DNA of 64,000 nucleotides, taken from contig NC_043001.1 in assembly GCF_006345805.1 (NCBI RefSeq), forward strand, positions 77,314,001-77,378,000, given 5' to 3'. Made by a program: the position numbers and the translations under genes. The notes below the pieces were generated by a model. The model ran no database searches and was not told the DNA's origin. It was given only the letters and a program-made list of their open reading frames with translations. The stretch is from Octopus sinensis (taxonomy: Eukaryota). This document shows, piece by piece, positions 39,348-52,962 of the stretch (position 1 is its first letter; each line of letters begins with the position of its first letter).

Positions 39348-40861
39348 AATAGCAACTATGATTGTGGTAACAAGAAAGGGTTTATTGTTTTCGTGTATTG
39401 GAGGAAATCTGCTAATCTTCTTTGAAATGGTAAACATCTTGAATTCTGGTAAGCGTGGAAAGATTTCGATATTTCGGATTACAATACAATGTCAAATATT
39501 TATTAATCAAAACATACACAATTTTCAGGCTTGTAACTGTTTTCTAACGGAAATTATAGATTTTTTTTATTTCTTTACAGCTAGCATTATTCTAGTATTT
39601 TGAATTCATTGTCGAAATACACGCACATACACCACATAGTTATGCATGTATGTATGCATGTATGTATGTATGCATAAATATTTCTTATATACACGTAAAG
39701 AAAAATTTGTGTACAAGCGCTACAAACAGAAATTTACGTACAAATATACATACATATATTTGCATCGGTATGTGCACGTGTCTATCTATTTCTTGTATAC
39801 GTGTGCTCATTTTCTTTACATGTGTGTATGCAAGAATATATGTGTATGTATGTATGTATGTGTATGTATGTATGTATGTATGTATGTATGTATGTATATA
39901 TATGTGTGTGAGTGTGTGGGTGTAAATGGTGTGTTTTTGCCATGAAGTAGGCAAATAAACATTCCCAGAGACACAGGAAGATAGCTACTTGGAAAGAATT
40001 TGTGAGTGTGCATATATATATGTATATATATATATGATGTATATATATGCATATATACATATGTATATATATGCATATATACATATGTATATATATGCAT
40101 ATATATGTATGTATATATATATATGCATATGTATGTATATATAAATATGTATATATATATGTATATATATATGTATATATGTATGTATACATACATACAT
40201 ACACACACATATATACATGTATATATATATATATATATAATGTTTTTCCATCTAGTGGTCTTTCTGTGACTCTTTCGGTGTCTCTGCTTGTTCGTGGTAA
40301 AAAAGACACTCCACTAACATATATATAACTGTACATAAATACACATATCTAGCCGCATCAACACACACATCACAGATTTTCATAATTGAAAATTCTTGTT
40401 ATTGTTTGTCCAAATCCCAGCCTTCCTCCTCCTCCTCCTCCTCCTCCTCCTCCTCCTCCTCCTCCTCCCCCTCCTCCTCCCCCTCGTCGTCGTCATCATC
40501 ATCATCATCATCGTTAGTAGAGTTTTGAAGAGGACTCAGCCCTCCACTATCAACTGCCAATGTATCAAGGAAAACCTATTCGTCATGCGATGCGAGTACA
40601 TCGCAGAAATAGTAGTTAGTAAATTTTAGCTGAGATGAGGCATTGCTCCATTTGGATTAAGTCAATGCTTTCGACAGCGGCACAATACCGACCATCTCTA
40701 CTTACTGGCATGCGTTTCTGTGGTATGGGTTTCTTTCGGTTCATTTTCAGTAAGTCAAGATTGTCCTCTCACATTGCTATGTCTTGGAAAGACACCCACA
40801 TAGTTTGCATATCCGATCTGGACCACTAAGAGCTGCAGTTAAGTTCTGATCTTTTTAGATC

Positions 40862-41090
40862 TTAAAATGCATTTTCCAACCTCCGTAAGATTTGCAGACC
40901 TAATGGGCGTACATGGCATTGAAAGGTGTGCACAGATATATAGGCTGAATAGTTGGTAGAAGTCCGTTTTTCATAGGTCCGCAAATGAAATCTGAGCCTA
41001 GCAAAAGAAAGGCATGATCTGTCACAAACTGTGCACACAAAAAGGTCAATGTGATTCACCTTATCAATCGTAACAATTCTTCTTTGAACG
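40862..41090 (-). mobile_element. RTE-type LINE 3' zinc-finger remnant
   Basis: FVCTVCDRSCLSFARLRFHLRTY ... FQCHV. Confidence 0.55.
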
Positions 41091-41579
41091 CAAACACACA
41101 TACACACACACTCACACATACACACATGTAGGGGCAACCGTTACTGTGTGGTAAGAAGCTTGCTTCCCAACCACATTGTTCTAGGTTCATCACTCAGTGA
41201 GAGAATATGAAAATGGATTTGAAATGCGAGAGTATGTGGTTGAGATGAAATGTAGTTAGGAGGTGAATGAAAATCAAAAGATTAATAGTATAAGAGGCTG
41301 AAAAGATGGATGTTATCGATAGTGATGTAAATGTCCAAAAAGACGAAGCGTTGGAGATAATACCGGAAATAAAATTCAATGGGATTCGACAAATGTTACT
41401 GCATAAGATGAAACGTTTTGTTATATCTGGTATCTGTAGTGGAGCTGTCACAACCATAAATAGAGCGATTTTGTAACTCTGGGGTAGGACCTAGTGAATT
41501 GCCTCAATATAGCACACAAAGGTTTGCACAGTAAATCCAATTGGAGGACGCATAACTACGCCATATACTGCTAATAATA

Positions 41580-41790
41580 CACGTGATCACCTAACCGATC
41601 AGGCTATCAGATGTTACACACCGCTGGTCACAATGTGCATTTGCATCGTTTTAGCTTTCAGATGACTCTACCTTGCTGGCTGGGGGAACTGGAGCAATGT
41701 GAAATGAAGTGCTTTGCTCAAGCAAGCAACAGGCCCCCGATCTAACAATCGTGAGTACAACGGCCTAAACACTAGGCCACATGCCTTCAT
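41580..41790 (-). mobile_element. SINE (family C-type head; 3' end shared with 35100-35220)
   Basis: CGTGATCACC..ACCGA.CAGGCTATCAGATGTT 3' end and GAACTGGAGCAATGTGAAATGAAGTG core. Confidence 0.7.
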
Positions 41791-41808
41791 TGTTAATACA
41801 TTATCTAG

Positions 41809-41871
<63 letters not shown>

Positions 41872-41873
<2 letters not shown>

Positions 41874-42463
41874 CGTATGGCATATTACCAGCCAATGTAC
41901 GCCACTAGCCCAGAATTAATATAAGAGACGCAACCACAATAAAGCCAGGCTTGTCCATTGGACACTTTGCAACAATTATGGATTTGACAGAGCAAAAAAT
42001 TGGTACCTGAAGGCATCGTCGAAAATAGAAATGCAAAGATCCTATGGGATATTATGATTCAGTGCAACTATGAGATAGAGAATAGGAAGCCGGCCAAAGT
42101 CTTAAGTGAGAAAGAAAACAAACTACACTGGATCATGGATATAGCATGCCCAGCTGACAACAAGGTATGCGAGAAGGAAGAAAGAAAAGTCGACAGGTAC
42201 GACAGGTTAGCTTGGGAAGTTAAGTAGTTGTGGTCGATGAAAAAGGTAGCAGTAGTAACAATAATTGTCGGAGCCCTGGGTGAGAAGTACGTGAAACAAA
42301 TAGGGGCTGCAATAAAAGTGGAGTACTTGCAGAAAACAGCACTGCTTGGAACCGCTCGAATACTCCGGAAGCTGCTCGAAAAATAAGAGGTGTTACCTTA
42401 GTTCACTGGTAGTGAACAGCTGACACTGTAGTACATCTCCAGCGTTAGAAGCTGTGCAAAGGC
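41872..42463 (+). mobile_element. R4/Dong LINE 3' fragment flanked by (AAT)n on both sides
   Basis: KILWDIMIQ, NRKP, IMDIACPAD, KEERKVDRY (RLE), LQKTALLGTARILRK. Confidence 0.88.
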
Positions 42464-42485
42464 AATAATAATAATAATAATAATA

Positions 42486-42538
<53 letters not shown>

Positions 42539-42926
42539 GCCAAAACAAAACTACATCGAGTATGAGGGGAAATTCAGAAGTGAAGTGGAGCGACGTAGTT
42601 CTAAGTTCTGAATATAAGGATATCATCTTCCAAGTAGCCTGAAGCTGAAAACTCAAGTTGTACCGGGCGGCGGGGTCGAACCCAGCAACACACTTCTTAT
42701 ACCCGGAACCAGACCAGTCTGCGCACAATCAGAAATGTATGTGTGCATTTGTGTATGTTTATATATGTATAGAAATACATATATACGTATACACCTATAT
42801 AAATGTATGCAAATGTATATTTATATATGTATATGTGTGTATGTGAATGCGTATATCTATACTGTATATATATGTGTGTGTTTGTGTGTGTGGGGGGGTT
42901 TGTATGTGTGTGTGTGTGTGTGTGTG

Positions 42927-43269
42927 CATACAATAAACGGACACGAACATACAACACACACGTACACATGCATTATTATATAAATATACGTATAGCTATT
43001 TAGGTAGTTAATATACTAGGATAACTATAGATAACTGCTAGTTCTATAGCAAAGCGCATTTCTAACAAAGAGCCTGGTTCCTTGCTAACGGTAGAAACAC
43101 GTTGTGAGCGCTAGCTTTATGTGCTTCACACAACTAAATTTAGACATCAATGGAAGATTGAGAAATAAAATTGAAAAGATGGATAATAGGCGGTTTGATG
43201 TGTGTGTAAGTCGCTATCCCAAATTGTGAATAATGAGATTTTTGCTTTATACCTATGCATGCCTATGTG

Positions 43270-43303
<34 letters not shown>

Positions 43304-43305
43304 AT

Positions 43306-43349
<44 letters not shown>

Positions 43350-43352
43350 CTG

Positions 43353-43440
<88 letters not shown>

Positions 43441-43786
43441 CATACAATAAACGGACACGAACATACAACACACACGTACACATGCATTATTATATAAATA
43501 TACGTATAGCTATTTAGGTAGTTAATATACTAGGATAACTATAGATAACTGCTAGTTCTATAGCAAAGCGCATTTCTAACAAAGAGCCTGGTTCCTTGCT
43601 AACGGTAGAAACACGTTGTGAGCGCTAGCTTTATGTGCTTCACACAACTAAATTTAGACATCAATGGAAGATTGAGAAATAAAATTGAAAAGATGGATAA
43701 TAGGCGGTTTGATGTGTGTGTAAGTCGCTATCCAAATTGTGAATAATGAGATTTTTGCTTTATACCTATGCATGCCTATGTGTATT
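42927..43786. repeat. Near-perfect ~347-bp direct duplication (42927-43273 / 43441-43786)
   Basis: I see only one 1-bp homopolymer indel (ATCCC vs ATCC). The copies are separated by (TA)n(TG)n. Confidence 0.95.
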
Positions 43787-43821
43787 TATATATAATATAT
43801 ATAGATATATATATATATATA

Positions 43822-43855
<34 letters not shown>

Positions 43856-43893
43856 GTATATATATATGTATATATATATGTATATATATATAT

Positions 43894-43979
<86 letters not shown>

Positions 43980-44108
43980 ACACACACACTAATATAATAT
44001 ATCTATAAATGTATATATATATGTTGGTACTATATTCAAAGACTCACATATAGGTATGTATTCATGTGTGTCGATTTCTATGCTTTCGTGTTTATGCATA
44101 TATGTATG

Positions 44109-44175
<67 letters not shown>

Positions 44176-44432
44176 GTATGTATGTATATGAGTGTGTGTA
44201 CGAATATTTGTGTACGTATATATGCGTATGTATACACACACACATATATATAAAGTGTGAATATATATATATGAGTGTATATATGTATTTATATATGAAT
44301 ATCTATATATATATATGCGTGTATATATATGTTTATATACATTTGTATATCTATATATTTGTGTATATATGTTTATGTATATCTGAATGAGTATATATAT
44401 GTATATATATGTATATATATGTATATATATAT

Positions 44433-44493
<61 letters not shown>

Positions 44494-44713
44494 GAATCTG
44501 TATATATGTGCGTGTATAACTTTATCTGTATGTATATATATATAATATATCTATATATATATATATTATATATATATATATCTATATATATATATATCTA
44601 TATATATATATATCTATATATATGTATATATATATGTATATATCTATATATATATATATCTATATATATATATATTATATATATATGTATATATATATAT
44701 ATATTATATATAC

Positions 44714-44745
<32 letters not shown>

Positions 44746-44894
44746 TAATTTACATATATACAGTTATTTTTCATTACATAAGTTCTTATAGAACATACAT
44801 GCATAGATAGCAACAAAGAGACCACGCATATACATACAAACACACACCCAACACTCTCTCTCACACACACAAACATATATTTACATATACACAC

Positions 44895-44927
<33 letters not shown>

Positions 44928-45482
44928 CACGCACACGCATATATATATATATACACATACATGTATACATATATCTATACGCATACACACATATATATGT
45001 ATACGTATATACACATACACACTCAGTCACACACACCTATACACACACACATATATATATATATGTATATATCTATATATATGTATATATTCACATATAT
45101 ATTCATAAATATTTACATACGCACACACATATAAATATAAGATAAACCCAGAGCGAGAGGTAAGTTAGTTGAACCCTCAAATAATATCCTTTCAAATATA
45201 CTTATCACTCCCTACTTCTCCCTTCTCTCCCCTTCACTCTCTCCCACTCTGCGCCTGTTTTGTTTCTCCATTCTGGCTGTCTCTTTCTTTATACAAATAT
45301 ATGTATGTATATATATAATGTGAATGTGTATATGTCGATAAAGAGTTTTTAATACAGATAGATGCGAAAATAAAGATACATAGTTTCGTAGCCTACATCT
45401 CCTTAGAAGTAATACAATAGACATTATGAATGCAGTCCAAGTCATTAGCCGATAATTAACTCTATATGTTGTGTTGTATATA

Positions 45483-45540
<58 letters not shown>

Positions 45541-45552
45541 ATATATATATAT

Positions 45553-45583
<31 letters not shown>

Positions 45584-46869
45584 GTATATATATGTGTGTG
45601 TGTGTGTGTGTGTATATGTATATACGTCTATAATATATAAATATATATATATATATATGTTCTAATCACTGTTAATAGGAATAAAACGAAGGAGACATTT
45701 TCCACGGTTGTGTCAAATATATATTAGATTAAGAAAATGTTGATTCACTATATATTTATTTATATAAATGATCCCACTTCAGCCGTTTCTAGCGAAGGTC
45801 TTGTTATGTGTAGTATTATATCATATCATGTATTTCACTGTGTTATTCTCATATCTATAAAGCTATATATCTCTCAATTGTTATGTCGCAATATTGTACA
45901 GAAGAGCAAAAGAAAAATATAATTATAGAAAATAAAGTGAAGTTTTGGACAACAAAGTTACTCCAGAATATATGGGAATTACAATGAAATATTGAACGCA
46001 ATAATATATTCGAGATGTCTTTTAATTTGTGTATCATATATCCGCGTGACATTGTTGAAATAGGGAGACCTTGTACCAAATATTATTATAGGTACGCGTA
46101 TAATTCAGAGAAATATGCATTATACACTTGTGTGATACAGAGAAATATATATTATATATTTGACAAATCCTTCGTTCCAAACGCCTTTAGAGAGATCGTT
46201 TACATAAATACGTATATGCGTACATAGGTAAATGAGTATGCAGTAATGCTTCGAAATACGAGTTAATGCGGTGACTGCTCGTAAAACAGAGCAATATTTT
46301 CTCATCTTAGCAATGTTATTGTTGTGTGGACACACACAGATGATGAAGTAGGCTAGCCCAATACGTAGATATAGAGGGAGAAGCCTAGACGTCAAGAACA
46401 CAGCTGAGAATAGAGTAGAGTAGAGAGCAGAGTCAAGTTGAGTAGAAGGCATCCGAACGTGCGACATAACAGTTATAAATCGTAATTCCTTCCCAGAAAA
46501 TATTTTACTAATAAAATTTATAATACTCATAAATGAGCGGCAATAAATCAACAGTAGAATGTAAAGAATATTTTATGTAAAATTAAAAGAATGTTAAGAT
46601 CATTTATAATAAAAATATATTATTATTATTATTATAATCGTTTTCTAAACCACTTTCACTCTCAATAGACTCGCACACGCCATCACTTGTAGACGCGATC
46701 ACCGATTCACAAGCACTCGTACGCGGACTTGTAGATTTCTTTTTAAAAAACAAGTCTCGACTTGTTGCTTAAAAGAAGCTTTATTTCGCTCTGTATAAAT
46801 TTCTCGGTAACACGCAGAAACATTTGTTATGGTTATAGAAACTTTTGCACTTCGTTCAAAATTTGGATC

Positions 46870-48090
46870 TTGTACTTGAAAAATAAAACTTGTAAAACCG
46901 GTGTCTCTTAAAGCGGTGTCTCTTAAGTTATTACACTTCTAATTTTTCAGAAGTTGTTTTCTTACAGGGATCAAATGCTCTTTCATTGGTGTTTGGATAA
47001 CAACAAAGACAGTTGTTACATATCGAACTTTAAAAAGTCTTGCATATTTTTACAGTTCAATTTACAGATTATCTGTAAGCTTCGTGTCAGGCGATCTCCT
47101 TTTTTGTTTGAAAATCGTAGCTTCTTCAGATTGTAGCTTAGGCATTTACTTATACAACGAATGGTACTAATGATTATTGGGATAAATGTACATTTATAAT
47201 CAGAGCAGAGGATTGAAAGTTTTGCGTCGCTGATTTTGGAACAGATAATCATATCTTCAGGGAAACATACCTCAATGAATGTATATATCTTTTTTTCTGA
47301 CTCAACTAATATAAAACTCCGTTATGTTTACACTTAGTATGTTTTGATGGGAATGTTCTTTGTGCTGATATGTGTGCATGTATTCCATAGCATGGGTGGT
47401 GATTTTATTTATTCCAGTGCAGTATTTTCTGCAGACGGTATTGTACATTGTTTTAGCAACATTATGTCGCAACGGGAAGTAGTAACTCGATTAAATTTTT
47501 GAATAGTTACTGATTGCATGAGATAGAGAAATCATTGACGCAAAGATCTAAGGTTTGACGGATAGTTTTTCTACACTTAGTTGTTAAATATGAACATTTC
47601 TTTTGGCCAAACTCAATACCTATGTCAGTAGAAAATATGATTGAATCCAGTTGATTTTCGACGTGACAAATATTTTCGGGCGTAGATATTTAGATATTTA
47701 GAAATTATGAATTTTGTAAGTGTATTTTTCTGTTGCAGACTTTAGGAAATAGCCAGTGGATTTTTTGTAGAAGAAAGAACAGATTAAGGACAAAAATAAA
47801 CAGAAGTACTGGAATATTTCCGTTTATATAACAACACCGGAGACAATTATGCTGCTTTCAGCAACAAATGTGATGATTATGGACCAAATCTTTGTATATT
47901 TTTCGATGGCAGCAATTAAGGTAGCAGGTACTTTTACCTGCTGTAATAACTTCAGTTGCTATGAATGAGAAATGGAATCATAAACCTTTCTATAATCTTG
48001 CCAGACTGTCAAATACTTCTGCAGTAGAGCTTAGTTGTTCAGCACAACCCCGCTCCTCTTTCTTTTCCACCTGTACGCTCGTCAGTAACT
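46870..48090 (-). mobile_element. Highly decayed R4-clade LINE RT region
   Basis: Minus strand RGCAEQL, WQDYRKVYDSISHS, FSTDIGIEFGQKKC. Confidence 0.75.
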
Positions 48091-48227
48091 ATGATTAACA
48101 ATGGTCATGGAGGAATTGGTTCAGACAGCTGATGTGCAATTTGTGCCTGATATCAAGGCAGTGAAAAAGACGGCAAGCTGTCTGAAGCATTAGCACGTCA
48201 GACAAACTCCTTATCGATATTTCTTTT

Positions 48228-48458
48228 GGCGGCGAGCTGGCAGAAACGTTAGCATGCCGGGCGAAATGCGTAGCCGTATTTCGTCTGCCGTTACATTCTG
48301 AGTTCAAATTCCGCCGAGGTCGACTTTGCCTTTCATCCTTTCGGAGTCGATTACATAAGTACCAGTTACGTACTGGGGTCGATCTAATCGACTTAATCCG
48401 TTTGTCTGTCCTTGTTTGTCCCCTCTGTGTGTAGCCCCTTGTGGGCAGTACAGAAATT
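48228..48458 (+). mobile_element. Young SINE B inserted in older SINE B-like copy, with TSD
   Basis: TATTTCTTTTGGC at 48218-48230 and 48461-48473. Confidence 0.9.
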
Positions 48459-48725
48459 GGTATTTCTTTTGGCTTTACGTTCCGAACTGAAATTCTGTCG
48501 AGATCGACTTTGGTTTTCCTCCGATCGATGTTGATAAAATAAATGTCAATTGAGCACTGATGCTGATGTAATCGACTACTACCCTTGTCCAAAATTACAC
48601 GCCTGTACCCATTGTAGAAAGAATGATAAGGTAGGCAATTGGCTTATAGTTCTGTGTTCAAGCAATGTTTTCGGTCTTGGCTACAAGGTTTGCGCTTGAT
48701 ATGAACAGCCAGTTCAGTATGTCAA

Positions 48726-49641
48726 CGAGGTACATTCAAAAAGTATACAGCTTTATTTTTTCCCGCCAAAACTAATGCCGCATAGACAAAATCATTTGGG
48801 TGGGAAGTGACACTACCCTTCCTGCGTATGCGTTAAAATGTCCGCGCCGGTTGACCGCGTCAGTTCTCGACTGTTACACCGAGAGTACAGACGTGGTGCG
48901 CGCTTGTCGGATTTTCGTTTTCACGCAAGATGAACGAACGCATCGAGCAGGGACCATAAACCTACGTGTCATCATTAGTGATAGTGGTCGTCATTAAGTC
49001 TGGGTCGTAGTTTGCACAGTCCAGCATGTCTTGAGCGATTTCCATGCGGAGTTGCTTTTGCTGCTCCGCCAGCACCTTGGGAGCGAATTTCGCCGACACT
49101 TTCCGCGCGTGCGCAAATCCTCCATTTAAATGGAAAACACTGATTCTGTACTTACTCCCGCTTCGTAAACAATTTCCTGGAATGTTACACGGCGGTCTTC
49201 CATTATTATTTGCCGAACCGTCTCAATCGGCTTCTCGTTTCGACTTGTGAAGTGCCTGCCTGAGCATTGGCTCGCTCTCCTTTGAAGACTAGCCATGTTT
49301 GAAGCGGTTGTGCCGCACTTGACCTAAGTTTTGCCTATGACTTCATCGCTAAAGGCCTGCCTAAACTTTTTCATTGAGTTTGAGAATCATCAAGTATTTA
49401 GCATAACTTGGTGCTATATCTCTGCTCGATGCATTCAGTGAAAACGAAAATCCGACGAGTGCGCACTATACGTCTATAGTCTAAGCCCCACAGCCGCAAA
49501 AACTGATTCAGCTGAGTGGCACAAAATTTTAACGCATTCGCAAGAAAAATAGCGTCAACTCCCACCCTAAGGATTTTGCCAACGCGGCATTAGTTTTGGA
49601 GGGAAAAAAAACAAAGTCAGATACCTTCTGAACTCACCTCA
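48726..49641 (-). mobile_element. irritans-like mariner derivative with ~200-bp inverted ends
   Basis: TIR CGAGGTACATTCAAAAAGTAT / ATACCTTCTGAACTCACCTCA. Minus strand IEQRY ... RKVSAKFAPKVL ... ITNDDT*VYG; the catalytic C-terminal half is absent. Confidence 0.8.
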
Positions 49642-49919
49642 TATCTGGGCTACTATAATTTTTTGAAACATATATATATATATATGAATGACTTCCCGTA
49701 CGCCTTGTACCAGTAACAGGTTGTGAGATCTCACTGGGGAAGGTTCTGACGTCAATTGTTTAAGTTTTACTGCCGGCGATACAGTATTCTCGATTTATTG
49801 CGTCTAGCCATGTAGCTAGACACAATAAATAGTGATAAATCGGAAGATACGATTCATTTGCCGCTTCAGACATGACAAAGTTTGATTTTTTATGAATTTG
49901 AGGTACAAATCAGTAGAGA

Positions 49920-50130
<211 letters not shown>

Positions 50131-50514
50131 AAGTAGAGAGAAAGGGAGAGTGTGAGAAGGAGATATTTAGAGAGGAGTATTGACCTCGTACTTTATTCGT
50201 ACTATACAGGGTGTCCCAGAATATTTTTTTAAAAATCGGACAAATTAAAAAAAAAAAGACTGACAGAGTATATAATTGCGACACCGAAACAAATAGATTT
50301 ATAAAGCATACGGGAAAAATCTTTAGAAAATGTTCAGCATGTGCTCCATCTGTATCCCTGCAATTTTCAAATCTATCTTTAGCGTTGCGAAACACACTTT
50401 GAAGCATTTCGGAAGCTATTCCCTGCACTGCTAACAGAATGCATTCTTTGAGTTCATTTAAACTATTCCTCCATCCCCCGGATGGAGGTAGAGAAAATAA
50501 TTACAGCCAAATTG

Positions 50515-50632
50515 AAAATAGTAGCGGGATCCAAAAGGAATAAAAATAGTAGCTGGATCCAAAAGGAATAAAAATAGTAGCTGGATCCAAAAGGAATAAA
50601 AATAGTAGCTGGATCCAAAAGGAATAAAAATA
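50515..50632. repeat. 28-bp minisatellite x4
   Basis: AAAATAGTAGCTGGATCCAAAAGGAATA. Confidence 0.95.
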
Positions 50633-50809
50633 AAATTATAAAAAATGTATAAAAATTATAAAAATTATAAACAAAATAAAAAATTTATACACTTTTAAAC
50701 ATGATAAACATAAATAAAAGTAAACAATTGCAGCGTGGAAGGTGTTTATAAGCCATTTAAGAAACACACAAACAAAAGCTGTTCGATTCACTTCAACATT
50801 TAAGTTTAA

Positions 50810-50859
50810 TTTGTCAAAATATTTTCGTCGCTAAGATCCGCGACCTGTTCACTGACAAA
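50810..50859 (-). ncRNA. Minimal type I hammerhead, G3:C8 variant
   Basis: Reverse-complement copy of the 50898 motif. Confidence 0.7.
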
Positions 50860-50897
50860 AATCCGTACTGCATCTGAGCTCAGATGCTGCACGGATT

Positions 50898-50947
50898 TTT
50901 GTCAGTGAACAGGTCGCAGATTTTAGCGACGAAAATATTTTGACAAA
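50898..50947 (+). ncRNA. Minimal type I hammerhead, G3:C8 variant
   Basis: TTTGTCA-GTGAACA-G-GTCGC(agatttta)GCGAC-GAAA-ATAT-TT-TGACAAA. Confidence 0.7.
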
Positions 50948-51520
50948 TTAAACTTAAATGTTGAAGTGAATCGAACGGCTTTTGTGTGTTTCTTAAATGG
51001 CTTACAAACACCTTCCACGCTGCAATTGTTTTCGTTTCAGCACACGATCTCAGATCAAGTCACTTGCTATGCGAGTACATCTCCGTAATAAATAAAAGTG
51101 AGTCTTTAAAAAAAATTGTCCGAAATAGATAGTTAATTTTGGGACACTGTATTTATCGACTTCGGTAGCGTAAAGGGTAAAGTATACTTTGGCGAGATTT
51201 TCAGTCGAGTGTAGGGAGTACAAAGGAACGTAGTAAGCCATTTAATCCGAAACATACGATTCTTGCAACTTGTTTCATACACAAACATGAGCGAACACTC
51301 TCATATGCATATATATCACATATGTACATACATTCATGTGTGTATGTATGTATATTTATATATATATATACATATACATGCATATATGTATATATGTGTA
51401 TGTTTATGTGCCTATGTACATTGATACCTATATGTGCATATATTTATATGTGTGTGTATCTATGTGTATATGCATTTATGCGTATGTGCATTTATGTGTA
51501 TTTGCATTTATGTATATATA

Positions 51521-51915
51521 CAGGAGTGGCTGTGTGGTAAGTAGCTTGCTAACCAACCACATGGTTCCGGGTTCAGTCCCACTGCGTGGCATCTTGGGCA
51601 AGTGTCTTCTGCTATAGCTCCGGGCCGACCAATGCCTTGTAAGTGGATTTGGTAGACGGAAACTGAAAGAGCCTGTCGTATATATGTATATATATATGTA
51701 TGTGTGTGTGTTTGTGTGTCTGTGTTTGTCCCTCTAGCATTGCTTGACAACCGATGCTGGTGTTTTTACGTCCCCGTCACCTAGCGGTTCGGAAAAAAGA
51801 GACCGATAGAATAACTACTGGGCTTACAAAGAATAAGTCCCGGGGTTGATTTGCTCGACTAAAGACGATGTTCCAGCATGACCGCAGTCAAATTACTGAA
51901 ACAAGTAAAATAAAA
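51521..51915 (+). mobile_element. SINE A, full-length
   Basis: GGAGTGGCTGTGTGGTAAG, GGTTCAGTCCC, internal microsatellite and A-rich tail. Confidence 0.92.
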
Positions 51916-52450
51916 AAAATAAAAGAAAACAAATATGTAGGTATACATGTATGTGTACGTATGTATATACATGTATGTATATGTATGTATATACATGTAT
52001 ATATATATGCATATGCATGTACTTTTATGTATGTATGTATACATGTACGTACATGTATCTATATACATGTATGTACATGTATTATGTGTATGCTTGCGTG
52101 TATGTATATGCGTGTGTAGATATGTAAATATATGCGTGTGCGTATATATGTGTACTTTGAACACATGTATTATGTATATGTGTATGCAATTATATATATA
52201 TATGTATATGTATGTGTGTGTCTATGTAAATATGTATGTATGAATGTGTACATATGTATGCATTTGTATGTGCATGTATGTGCATGTACATACATGCACA
52301 CACACACACACATATAACAGACAAGGAAGTGAAACAGAGAGAAACGAAAAAAGAAAGTGAGAAGGAAAATGAAGCAAAGTATAGGCTTGAGGGGTACGTA
52401 AGTCCAGGTCTTAAACTGTGTGTATGTGACAGAGAGAGGGGGAGAGAGGC

Positions 52451-52491
<41 letters not shown>

Positions 52492-52930
52492 CGAGAAACA
52501 AAGAGTTGGGAGAGACGGAGGGAGGCGTGTGTATTGTTAAGCTATAGCAAAATGTGCGAACTTGAAGCATCAGTTGTAGAATTGGCAAATTGGATTATTA
52601 GAGGCCTAAACCTAATAGAATATGAAGAGATTGACTATTAGATTAACGTCTCCCCTCTACATAAACACACACAGCACACTTACATACATATATCTATATC
52701 TATATATGTATCTATATATGTATGTATACATATTGTGTTTCTACACACAAATGAGCGTGCGCCTATAAATGTACACGCGTGACGAATTTTGTGTTAATGT
52801 ACGCGTTCCTATACATATACACTCATACATACATACATACATACATGCTTGTATGTATCTCTATACATATAGACATACATTCAAATACACATGCAATTAT
52901 ACATACATACACACACACATACATATATAT

Positions 52931-52962
<32 letters not shown>

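Larger units (their letters stand above)
50722..51031. repeat. Spacerless ~310-bp palindrome (inverted PLE-type terminal repeat)
   Basis: Centre CATCTGAG|CTCAGATG at 50878/50879, arms of 157 and 153 bp with few mismatches. Confidence 0.95.
50207..51149 (-). mobile_element. Tc1/mariner (DD41D-like) deleted element hosting nested insertions
   Basis: TA-CAGGGTGTCCCA ... TGGGACACTG-TA with subterminal TCGGACAA/TTGTCCGA. Minus strand IASEMLQSVFRNAKDRFENCRDTDGAHAEH. Confidence 0.75.

Noticed and set aside
47739-47920. Possible plus-strand exon
   Set aside because: It is not open from the acceptor and lies antisense within the decayed R4 RT.
48050-48090. CTGACGA...GAAA on minus strand
   Set aside because: No stem II can form, and it is part of RT coding sequence.
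50515-50632. CRISPR-like repeat
   Set aside because: The 28-bp units are contiguous with no spacers, and the context is eukaryotic.
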